Positions 10,334-20,522 of a DNA stretch of 64,000 nt are shown here, in pieces (positions within the stretch are counted from its first letter, which is position 1; each line of letters begins with the position of its first letter). Source of the DNA: Salisapilia sapeloensis CBS 127946 (lineage: Eukaryota; Protista; Oomycota); assembly GCA_023334545.1 (NCBI GenBank), contig JAADVB010000060.1, positions 1 through 64,000 on the forward strand. The letters are read 5' to 3'. The notes below the pieces were generated by a model. It was not told the origin of the DNA. It saw only the letters and a program-made list of their open reading frames with translations, and ran no database searches. Position numbers and translations under genes: made by a program.

Positions 10334-12096
10334 TTATATTTGATGGAGACTAACGCGAGCGAATGAGTGGGCTCCTTTCTTGTGCCGAAGTGATCGTCTT
10401 GGGTAGCATGCAGCGCACAAGTCATAGTCAAAGCAGACGCTACAGGAATGGTTAGTACGATGTTGAGTCTGTATGGTTAGGTGGACGTACTTGCAGGTGT
10501 AGTAAGGTGTCGCTGGATCAACAATCTCCGAGTCACATCCATCGCATCGGATACCGACGACTGGTTCGTCTAGTCTGTCACTTTCGTCGCTATCATCGAT
10601 CGTAATCACCGTCTGCCCGTTGTCTGTTACTTGCTTCTGTGGCATCCATCCACATCGATCGAAGCATATTCCACTTTTCTTGTGCTCATGATGCTCACAA
10701 CTCACTCTCGCTTTCTTCCCTGGTCCACCCTTCATCTTCCATCCACACATGTCAGCAATGCTCCGGACGACTTGATCACACTCGCCTAAGAGCGACATCT
10801 CAAAATCCTCTTCTTCCACGTCATCTTCATCTTTAAAATTGGCTTCTTTATTCCTATGCTTCTTCTTTCGTTTAATCGGTGTCTTATTTATGACGATCTG
10901 GGGGATATTCGTCGGCAAGAAGGCTGGGATCTCCGATACTGGTGCCACCTTCAATGAAGTCCCGAGGATCAGCAATAGATCTGCTTCCAGTCTATCTTTC
11001 GTGATACTTGCACTAACGAACTCTGGTAGCTTTTCGCCAAAGAATGTGATCTGAGGCTTCAAAATGCCTCGACAAGTCGGGATGGAGCAAGTGGGGACAA
11101 CACCTGCCTGAATGGCTTGAGACAACGACTCGGTGGGCACGACGATCCCACACTTGAGGCATTTGGACCTGGCAAAGCTGCCATGACAAGCGAGAGATTT
11201 CGTAACTCCTGCTTTCTCTTCTAACCCATCGATATTTTGCGTATAGACTCGTAGTAGCTTTCCCTGGTCTTGTAGTAATTTGAGGAATCGATGGGTTGGT
11301 GACGGAGCGACGGTCGTTGGGTTAAATACGCTGCGTACGACTTGATAGAATGGCGAAGGATCGCGACGAAAGTACTCGATGTCAAAGACACATTGCGGAT
11401 CCGGTAGATCTAGTCCCATGTGCTCGACCATTGCGTAGACGCCGTTGGGCGAGCGAAAATCTGGGATGCCACAAGACACACTGATGCCTGCTCCAGCGAT
11501 AACTAGGATCTTACGTGCTCGCTGGATAGCACGACCGACATCTGAAAGGGATTTGATGTTCGGACGAGGCTGTGATAGCCCTCGTGCAGTCACGAGCGAG
11601 TCATTTAGACACTAGAGTATAAAGTTAGTCGATATCGCTAGGATGGTCTGTGCGATGGTTACTTCACGACAGCTATTGGCACCCAAGGTAGCCCCGGACG
11701 GAAGGGCTGGTCGACATCGGTTGTGGTACCTGCGAATGGATGGATGAGACAATTTTTTTTGGCTTTCTTAGAAATGGATCATCAAGTAGCACCGTACCAT
11801 CGATGGCAGACATCACATTGGACGAATGGACTACCACAGACACGATGGCATACGAAGCAATCGCGCTTTTTCTTTGATTTCCGCCTAGAATTCTTCGTCC
11901 GGACGGAAGGTTTCCCACTTTCGTCGTCAATTGCCGTTCGACGTCGTTTGTGGTCGCTCACTTCGTACTCACTATCTGAAGCCTCCCCTTGAGACGATGA
12001 GGAGGATGAATAAGTCGGGATGGCGTCACCCGAGACTAAGGTCGCATAGTCGATATCTTTTAGCTTGGCTTTTCGAGTAGGTCGCCTGGAACTCAT
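10334..12096 (-). CDS. SIR2: Class I (SIRT1/Sir2-like) NAD+-dependent deacylase with N-terminal PHD finger and C-terminal ZZ zinc finger (4 exons)
   Basis: ATG 12096; introns 11730-11797, 11612-11662 (GACTAAC branch point) and 10440-10490 (TACTAAC branch point). Sirtuin core: GAGISVSCGIPDFRS, TQNIDGLE, HG..C-x2-C, FFGE, GTSLKVAP. Spliced PHD: CFVC..CDVC..WYHNRC..CREC. Spliced ZZ: CDGC..YTCNVCFDYDLCAACY..H..HSF. Confidence 0.85.
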
Positions 12097-12596
12097 TTTT
12101 TGTCTAGGTACCTCGACGGAGGATGACAAAGGTATAGAAAAGTGCTGCCTTTGGATGTCTATTCGAGATTGGGCAGGAAGAAATTAAATCGATTTGTTTT
12201 ATTTTGGCATGTACCGTGTGCCACGAATGTGGGCGAAAGGTATATTGAAAGGAAAGACTTTTGTGGACATCAGATGCGAGTACCTGACGGTGGTTTCAGC
12301 TTTAACTGATCTCGACGGAAGAGTGGCGTCCAGGAAGTCGTTACGAACCAAATCAGATTACGTCATAGAATTGATTTGGATGGAAACCTAGAAGTAGGTA
12401 CATGTCTGTATCCGATACATGACTGCATGGGACCTTGGCGACTTCTATCTCCTTTTTCTGGTAACTTTATGGAGAAAGTAGGTGGATGTCTTCCTCTTCT
12501 GACGATACAGTCCAGAGAGATACCTCGCGAACATACGATGGAAGAGTCAATAATGCTCCTACCAATTCGATTGTGCACATCAACTTGGTGTCAAGA

Positions 12597-12612
12597 TCAT
12601 TTCTGCTTTTGC
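12597..12612 (+). promoter_or_regulatory. Oomycete INR+FPR core promoter element
   Basis: TCATTTC-tg-CTTTTGC matches YCAYTYY-NN-MWTTTNC, the published oomycete initiator plus flanking promoter region consensus as I recall it. It ends about 40 nt upstream of ATG 12652. Confidence 0.55.
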
Positions 12613-12651
12613 ATCGTCCGAGTCACATCTCCCTCCACCTCCTGATTCGAC

Positions 12652-14262
12652 ATGGTCAAGCTGTTTGGACTGAGTATCACTGCCGTTTCGCTCATCCTTG
12701 CGCAAGTGAGTGCCCTCGACTCGTACACTGTTCCATCCGTGGACTATACCAAGTTACAAGAACAGTCGACGACGGACAAGGCCACTGAATCCGATGCATC
12801 GGCTCTACTTGACGCTCTCCAGAAGGATGGTATCGTCTCGTTGAGTAACATCCCGGACTATGCCGAAAAGCGAGACGCGTACCTGAAGGCTGCTGCCGAG
12901 TGCGCCGTTTTAGCTCAAGCGAACGAAGCTGACTTCCTCCTCCACCGGACGCTACAGGACGGCACCAAACGCTATACTGTCAGTACGGAGAGTGGTCGAA
13001 AGCTGAAAGAGGCTGCGCAAGACACGGTCGACACTTGCCCAGGTTACCTCGAGGCTTACCAGTCTTTCAGTCAAATCGTGGAAGATGCTGTCGCCAACAT
13101 CGGCAGTGCGTTGGACGCTACGGCTGCCTTTAAGATCTCGTCTGAGAAACTCACTGCTCGCCAGCTAATGGAAGACTCTGTGCACCTGGATCACTTCCAC
13201 GCGTATGAAGCTGCTCCAAAGTCTTCTCGTCGTCTAGAAGACAGTGACCTGTTGTCGCTAGAGATGCACACCGATAACGGTCTGATGATCGCCATGTCTG
13301 CGCCAGAGTACTTTGACGTCTCAAGTGACAACCAAGTGACGAAAAAGGAAGGTGATGGGGCTGGATTGATCATTAAGACGCAGGCTGGGGAACGGGTCAA
13401 GCCGGACCTCAAGTCCGACGAGCTTGTGCTCATGTTGGGCGAAGGTATCAACTCGTGGATCCACACGAGTCCGGAGCTTCATCCGGTTGAACACGGTATG
13501 CAATATCCAGAGTCGGTCACGTATACGGATGAAGGCCACAAGACACTTCGTGCTTGGTTTGGAAAAATGATTTTACTGAACGCTATGCAAGAGATGGCCA
13601 ATTCTGGTATGTCTTTTGATGAGTACTCTCGTCGCACCACTCGCTACCTACTGGCGTCCAATGCTGACAACGACGCTTTTGCCTCCGTTGCCTGTCCACC
13701 GCATCGCCATCTGCAGTCTTCGGATGACCAATGCCAAGTACGCAAATGTACGATGAAGGAAGGTGTGACAATGGACGACATGGAGCACTCGTGTAATATA
13801 ATGTGCAACCACGACAACGGAGAAGACGATGACAAAATGAAGGCACAGTGTAAGAAACAGTGTGACTGTGAAGATGCCACTGAAGATGGCCAACGCTGCT
13901 GGATGTTGTGTGTCGCCGACTTGGATGAAGATGCGTGTCCACTAGACGCACAGGAATGCGATCTCGGCTCGGACTTTGAAAGCATTGGTGTGTCGTGCAG
14001 TTCGGGAGGAAACTCTTCGTCTAAGAGTGACATGGGTCACATGCACATGAGTGGCAGTGGCATGGATCATATGCACATGAGTGGCAGTGGCATGGATCAT
14101 ATGCACATGAGTGGTGCTTCATCCTCTAAGGAGGAAGTAAGTAAGTCAGAGTCCAGCACTGGCTCTGCTTCCGAGAGTGGAGGATCTGACTCGAGTGCTA
14201 TTGCCGTCGCTTCGACGGCACTTTCGGCTATTGCGGCCACCTTTGCTATTCTCTTCCAGTAG
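12652..14262 (+). CDS. Secreted, probably GPI-anchored protein with an IPNS/2OG-Fe(II) dioxygenase-like domain, Cys-rich region and Met/His repeats
   Basis: Signal peptide MVKLFGLSITAVSLILAQVSA. HxD..H triad: MHTDNGL..GLII..LVLMLGEG..HPVEHGM..RAW. Cys-rich segment, Ser-rich linker, hydrophobic C-terminus SSAIAVASTALSAIAATFAILFQ. Confidence 0.8.
   Translation: MVKLFGLSITAVSLILAQVSALDSYTVPSVDYTKLQEQSTTDKATESDASALLDALQKDGIVSLSNIPDYAEKRDAYLKAAAECAVLAQANEADFLLHRTLQDGTKRYTVSTESGRKLKEAAQDTVDTCPGYLEAYQSFSQIVEDAVANIGSALDATAAFKISSEKLTARQLMEDSVHLDHFHAYEAAPKSSRRLEDSDLLSLEMHTDNGLMIAMSAPEYFDVSSDNQVTKKEGDGAGLIIKTQAGERVKPDLKSDELVLMLGEGINSWIHTSPELHPVEHGMQYPESVTYTDEGHKTLRAWFGKMILLNAMQEMANSGMSFDEYSRRTTRYLLASNADNDAFASVACPPHRHLQSSDDQCQVRKCTMKEGVTMDDMEHSCNIMCNHDNGEDDDKMKAQCKKQCDCEDATEDGQRCWMLCVADLDEDACPLDAQECDLGSDFESIGVSCSSGGNSSSKSDMGHMHMSGSGMDHMHMSGSGMDHMHMSGASSSKEEVSKSESSTGSASESGGSDSSAIAVASTALSAIAATFAILFQ
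14041..14114 (+). repeat. 30-nt coding tandem repeat (about 2.5 copies) encoding MHMSGSGMDH
   Basis: ATGCACATGAGTGGCAGTGGCATGGATCAT occurs exactly at 14041 and 14071, with a partial copy at 14101. Confidence 0.95.
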
Positions 14263-14755
14263 CTACATATGGGCTAGAGCTGAACCCAATACGTTTGAAC
14301 CATTCAATCAATGTTTTCCTTGTTCATGATGCAAAGCTGCGTATATGAAATAGTTTGTGCACTTTAATTTTCTCCCACCACTACTTTATTTCCGTAACAC
14401 CTTTATCCACGTTCAGGACTAACCAAATCCAATCGACTAGGTTCAGCCCGTGGTCTTGATCTGGAAATACATCATGACTGTAGCTGATTGAGATTTCTAG
14501 GAAGAAGGTAAACTCGGTGAAATTGAGATACCCCATTCAAACATTTGCTATGTTACAGAGCACTAAGGTGATGTTGAGTACCTCGCATAATAGTTGTTAT
14601 CAAGGTTACGGAAACTTGAAAGACTGCTTTGTAACCACTTCAACACAACTTCAATAAAGTGCACATCTACCTTTTTATCTGATTCAATCGTAATTTAAGC
14701 TGAAGAAGTCTTTCCGTATCTTAATGAAGATCCTTCCCCTTTTATCTCTGCCACT

Positions 14756-16729
14756 GTGATCATTCAGAGTAAGCAGCTCCAGTTTCCATCTCTACCTGAT
14801 GAAGTTGCTGGATCTATCACTGCTTTTCTTGATTCGACGCCAAACAAACGCCTTTTAAAAGTAAGCGGGTTCAAGTCGAATCACCTTCTTCAGCGACTGT
14901 GCATCCTCGTCGAGTGCTCCTTCCCTCGTCGCGAGTGGGATTTTGCAGTTGCCAAAGCTGCTAAAGATGGTCGATTTAATAATATAACCGTTCTTCATTC
15001 CTTTCGTCCACAATGGTGCTTCCCGTTGGCAGCACTGGAAGTCGCTGCCATTCAAGGCCATTTGATTGTAGCTCAGTGGATGTATGCCAATCGACTGTTA
15101 GCATCACTTACCTAATGAAGTATTCGTCATGCAGCTAAAGAAGGCCACCTACAAACAATCCAATGGCTCCATTCGCTTAGAGACGCCATGCGATGGACAA
15201 CGCGTGCAGTGGAGGGCATCTCGTGCTAGCTTAATGGCTCCACCATAATCGAAGTGAAGGATGCACGACCGGTGCTATGGATGGAGCTGCAACGAACGGC
15301 CACTTGCGTGTATTGGAATGGCTAGAAGAATACTAAAACGAAGGTTTTACGATTAAAGCAATGGGGCAGCTCTCAACGGCCACATCCACATTCTTGAATG
15401 GTTATCGAGTCGAATGATACAAAAGGTCCTACAACGTTATCTCATATGCTCGAACAGGCCGCCAAGAATGGTCGTTTAGAAACAATCGAATGGCTGCTTG
15501 CGCATCGAGATGAGAAGCTAGTATATACAAAGGCGGTTGAGGAGGCGGTACCGAAAGATCAATTGAACACCGTTCGATTTCCCTTTCGGCAAGTTCCAGC
15601 GGAGAAACAAGAGGGATCGAGGAGGAATTTACTGAGTAGAAGCAAGTGTAAGACGGGTGTGAATGTACTGCGTTGGTTACTGCCCAAGACTATTTCACAG
15701 AACAAACCTGTTAGTCTTATACTCGACAACTGTGCTCGTAAAGGTAATATCGACTGCCTTCGTGCGCTCCGTGAGCATTATCTAGAAACTTTGGAGCACA
15801 AGAAGCATAAGTTGATATGGGATGCAGTCAAGCACAATCAAATGTTTGTTGTAGCAGATCTTTTTGGTATATTGCAGGACGATAAAGAAACGTATGATCG
15901 GCTCGAACTAGTCACGCAACTCTATGCTATCGACCCAAATGCTAATACATATCCTGTGGAAGATACAGCAATACGAGAGGATGATATCGAGACATTATCT
16001 TTCTTTTTAGAGAGAAAGATGGCAAATGAGCGTTCCTGTACTCTACATGCAACTAGACATGGTTGTTTGAAGACGATTTAATTTCTCTTCGAGGAGTTAT
16101 TCTATGATCCAGAATATCTCATGGACACGGCAGCGGTTAATGGATACATGAGAACCGGTACGTCCACATGTCTGAAGAAAACGGAGGCCACAGCCGGTCG
16201 TGATCATCTCCCAATGGTCAAGTGGCTGCGTGCTAACCGAACGGAAGAGTTTCTTGACGGTGCCATGGATGCTGCAGCTGCCAGTGGAAATCTCGACATT
16301 GTCCAGTATCTCCACGAGGACGGCGACGAATATTGCTCTATTAAAGCGATGAATGAGGCAAACACGAATGGGTATCTGAATGTCGTCGAATGGTTGCATG
16401 CAAGTCGGTCGGAAGGATGTAACGAAATCGCAATGGGGTTCGCTCTCGTATACGGACGTATCGATGTCGTCAAGTTCCTTAATAAGAATCGGACAGAGGG
16501 ATGCGTAGAGTACGGCTTGCATTGGGCAGCCTCTTATGGTCATTTGGATTTGATCACCTACCTCCATCGCAATAGACCAGAGACATTTACGCTTAGTGAG
16601 ATTCATTGGAATGAAGAGGAGTTTAAGCATGAACTAACCCGATGGCTTCAGAAGCATAACCCAGATTTCTCCAAATGTCAAGACTGTCAGCGAGAGGTAC
16701 GATCAAAGAAGAGATGTCGTCTAGATTGA
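14756..16729 (+). pseudogene. Disrupted F-box-like/ankyrin-repeat gene (oomycete-type ankyrin family)
   Basis: N-terminal FPSLPDEVAGSITAFLD (F-box-like). Ankyrin units such as AAKEGHLQTIQWLH, EGCTTGAMDGAATNGHLRVLEWL and AMDAAAASGNLDIVQYLH are spread over several frames, with in-frame stops (e.g. TAA at 15113, and TAA within EEY*NEGF) and frameshifts that have no clean intron signals. Confidence 0.75.
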
Positions 16730-17218
16730 GGCCGTGGGCAAACGACCGAGGGAAGATCTGACTAGTTCTGATTTCAATGAATATTCGCGCTTTACATCTT
16801 AGCTCGTTTAGTTAAGTTCATTTGAAGTCATTTCCGAATAGAATATCTTCATCGACATTATACTGACGCAAAGACGCAGCTACTTGATGTATTAGAGCTG
16901 TGGATATTCTTCTGTGGGAATTACTCCTGCCTAGGTCCAATCGTTGGTCTGAAGCTGGGCAATATCATGATCGAAGCTACTCGTGATTTTATCTAGAAAG
17001 AAAGTCAAATCGGTAAGACTTGAAAATGTTCATGTCGTAATTGACCAAATTTGGAGGTTATTGCGGCCATATTGAGTAGATCTGTCAGCACTGAGACCGA
17101 CTGCAGCAATCATTACGATAAAAAGTATCAATATTGAAGAAGATCATGAAGGCATTGATTAGGAGCTGAGTTAACACCTAATGATAGAAGAATTGAACAA
17201 GAAAACAATAGCTTGACG

Positions 17219-18010
17219 TTACTCCTTTTTAAGACCGGCATGGTTGCCCAAAGTACTTGGCTTTTTAAACGAGCCACCGATGCGATCCCAGACTGTCGTA
17301 TACTGGCCATAGTTGTAGTTAAATTCAGCATGGTGCAGCGTGTGGTGGGCAGCACCGTTGATAATACTGTTGTCCGAGACGTGGAACTCGTCGTGGATGC
17401 TGATTGTCCAATAGTTTACCGCCAGGAAGAGGCACAAGTACGTCACACGATGCATTGGAAACACCATGATAAAGAGGTGGTATGGAAGGCTCTGTAGGAA
17501 GCCATCGACGGGGTGGAAAGCGTGGGATGCAAATGGCGTTGGTACAAGCCACTTGTGATGATCTTTGTGCAGATGCCGATATACTTTCGGGTGATGCAGT
17601 CCACGGTGAATCCAGTATATGAGCGTATCGGAGAATAGGAGAAATAAGAAGACTGAGAAAATCAGATAGCCCCATCCGTACTCATCGACACTTGTGTAGA
17701 GCAACGTATGACCTCGAACTTCGGCTAGAAACCACGGCATCATGAGAACCATCATGAGTGGTATTGCATACACCGATTGCTCAATCTCTTTCCTCATTTG
17801 ATTCGGCAGGAACTTGGGGTGCTTCATCAACTCTTTATCAAACAAAAAGGTGTACGCGAAGTATCCTCCTGAAATATACAGAAAGTATCCACCAGCAACC
17901 GTCAGTCCTGATATGGACATCAACTGACGCATAATATCGTCTCGCGGCATCGAAGCCGGATACATGGTATCGAGAATGTACTCATCGGCAATCTCTACCA
18001 CGAGGTCCAT
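17219..18010 (-). CDS. ERG3: Sterol C-5 desaturase (lathosterol oxidase)
   Basis: Start MDLVVEIADEYILD resembles ERG3/SC5D N-termini. Histidine boxes HRGLH, HKDHH, HHTLHH, plus PTPFASHAFHPVDG and YNYGQY..WDRIGGS. Confidence 0.93.
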   Translation of the reverse strand: MDLVVEIADEYILDTMYPASMPRDDIMRQLMSISGLTVAGGYFLYISGGYFAYTFLFDKELMKHPKFLPNQMRKEIEQSVYAIPLMMVLMMPWFLAEVRGHTLLYTSVDEYGWGYLIFSVFLFLLFSDTLIYWIHRGLHHPKVYRHLHKDHHKWLVPTPFASHAFHPVDGFLQSLPYHLFIMVFPMHRVTYLCLFLAVNYWTISIHDEFHVSDNSIINGAAHHTLHHAEFNYNYGQYTTVWDRIGGSFKKPSTLGNHAGLKKE

Positions 18011-18182
18011 CGCACTACGGTCTCTTTTGTACAAATCTATACTTAAAATTCGTGGTTCCCATCACAATCGTGCTATCGTAATCCGAATCCATCTTCCTTA
18101 TCAGTTGAAGTTTGGCTCATTTTACTTGCGCTAATGAGCTTTTCGCTTTTTTATCGGAACAGACAGGTACTTGGACACGAAA

Positions 18183-19528
18183 ATGTCAATGCCGGTGGAG
18201 GTGAATGAGGGGACTTTGGCACCTATTCAGCCGTTCGTATACGCTCCTACGAGAGCGAAAATATCTTCGAGTTACCATGTATATGAAGAGCTGTATGAAA
18301 ATGAGAAATTGGGCAAACAGAACTTCACGAAGGGCGTCCAAGTGTCTCCTGATGGTCTTTGCATGCTTACGAATAGCGAAGATGGTATCATGCGACTATT
18401 TGAGTGGGATGAATCGGAAGGTGCAAGTGAAAAGGATCATGTAGGATGTATATGTGCATTTGAATGGAAGACTAAGTGCTGATAAGCTGATACCTTAGCG
18501 ATCAACGCTGCAGATGCAAGAAGGGGGTACCGTCTATGACTTTACATGGTATCCTTACATGACTTCTCAAACGCCAGAGTCATGCATCTTCATCACGACA
18601 AGCCGAGATCAGCCAGTTCACATGTGGGACGCCTATACTGGACAGGTATCTTTGTTCGCTTTCTACATGCTATATAAGCATAACACCCTACATTCCACCA
18701 GCTACGAGCTACATATCGAGCATACGACCATCTAGACGAGCTGGCTCCAGCCAATTCAGTCGCATTCAGCACGTACGGCGACAAAATCTTCATGGGCTTT
18801 GACCGTATGATCCGGTGCTTCGACATTACACGACCGAGTCGAAATTTCTCGTCCAGACCTCTGAGTAAGACCCGCCGATCGAGAGAAGGCCAGCGAGGCA
18901 TCATCAGCTCTATTCACTTTAATCCAGATCAATCCAAGTACAAATTATATTCCGTCACGATGGTACTAGCACTAATGGAGATGGTAGGATCTATGCTGCT
19001 GGATCGTATGCTGGCACGACATATATATACTCAGAGGACGAAGGTGAAGAGTTATTAGCGATGAGAGACCATGAAGGTCGAGGCATCACACAGGTCCAAT
19101 TCTCACCAGACGGTCGATTGCTGTGCACTGCTGCCAGACGTGATGGACAGCTTCAATTGTGGGACATTCGACAGACAAGAGAAGTCGTGTACACTTTGCA
19201 TCGCACAAACGATACGAATCAGCGATTAAACTTTGACTTTCACTGTGGTGGGAGGTACCTTGTTACAGGTAGTCAAGATGGACGCGTCTTGCTGTATGAT
19301 TTGATGGATGGCAGTCTCGTGGACGATCGGATCCAATTGTCTGACGCTACGAATGGGATCAGTTTCTTCCCAGATCAGACGAGAGCTCGAGTGGCAGTGA
19401 CGACTGGTCAAAGACACTTCGAGTTACCTGAAGACATGGAAGATAGCGATGGAGAAGAGCAACAAACGTGGCAAAATACGCTGCAAGTGTTTGAGTATGC
19501 AAAACAAGTGAAAGAAGTAGGAAGCTAA
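18183..19528 (+). CDS. WRAP53: Telomerase Cajal body protein 1 (WD40 protein), 4 exons
   Basis: Spliced exons read KGVQVSPDGLCMLTNSED, EGGTVYDFTWYP, TSRDQPVHMWDAYTGQ|LRATYRAYDHLDEL, GQRGIISSIHF, IYAAGSY, GITQVQFSPDG, TNQRLNFD. These are TCAB1/WDR79 hallmarks. Confidence 0.88.
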
Positions 19529-19545
19529 ATAGATGTCGACGTGAT

Positions 19546-20427
19546 TTATCGAGTTCGACCCAGACCACCAAACGACTTTCGTTCTTCCTTGTCTCTCTTT
19601 TCCTCTCGTTCTTCCCTCGAGTATTGAGGTCTGGCTGACGGCGCGGAAGGCTCCATTCGTCCTCGCCATCCACTCGAGCTTGCAGTAGGAGTAGCCTTTT
19701 CCTGTATCTTCTTGCTTTCTTCTTTCTCAGCTAGTTGAGCACGTCGTCTCTGAACCTCTTGCACGTGCTTGGATTGCTTTTCCTCAATCTTACGCAGTTT
19801 CTTCGCTTTCTTTCGCTCCTTCTTTTCTGCCTTTTTGCGTTTCTTTCGCTCCTTCTTATCTTCAGCAGGAGCTTCAAATACGTTTTGACCATGCTGGATG
19901 TCGTAATTGGTCGCCAGCTCTTTGCCTTCGTACGCGTGTCCAGGCAATCCTCGTGGCCCCTAGCTATATGTTAGCATCGTTACTTATATATGCTAGTAGA
20001 TAAGCAAATGTACCATTGCTGAAGCATTTTCAGAGTCAGAATCCTCAGCTTCACGAGCTTCATCTCGTTCTCGTACTTCCTTCGGCAGCTTATACTTGAG
20101 GACATGGTCCACGCGCAGTGTACGATCGAGCACAGAGGCACCATTAAGGTTGTCTACTGCTAGAATAGTACTGCGTTGGTCTTCATACTTTGCAAACGCA
20201 AATCCTTTCGATTTTCCTGTTTTTTCATCCCGAACGAGGTTAAGGTCCTCGATCTCTCCGAATTGGCTCAGCACACAAATCACATCTCCTTCCGACAGCT
20301 CATACGGCAATCCTCCGACATATACCCACGCCGATTCCTTGTACTTGGCGTGCCAAGAGGCTTCCAACGGGATATTCAGCTCGAGTTCACGCTCATTAAT
20401 CCGCTGAATCTCCGCCACGACGTTCAT
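19546..20427 (-). CDS. RBMX2: RES-complex RRM protein (RBMX2/Snu17/Ist3), 2 exons
   Basis: ATG 20427: MNVVAEIQRINERELE..SWHAKYKESAWVYVGGLPYELSEGD..SKGFAFAKYEDQRSTILAVDNLNG..RTLRVDHV. Intron 19960-20013 joins a K/E/R-rich tail. Confidence 0.92.
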
Positions 20428-20522
20428 TTCGTGTTTCGTGTCCAAACTTTGTGTCCGATCATTTTTATCCAATCCGATTATGTAAAAAGTGTTATCTGCC
20501 AATCATATATCTTTATTTCCGT

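Noticed and set aside
14411-14422. 12-mer GTTCAGGACTAA repeated at 30102-30113, both copies near degenerate elements
   Set aside because: Many 12-mer matches are expected by chance in 64 kb, and the similarity does not extend on either side.
19960-19965. Tandem acceptors TAG-C-TAG in the RBMX2 intron
   Set aside because: Only the distal AG keeps the frame and there is no evidence the proximal one is used.
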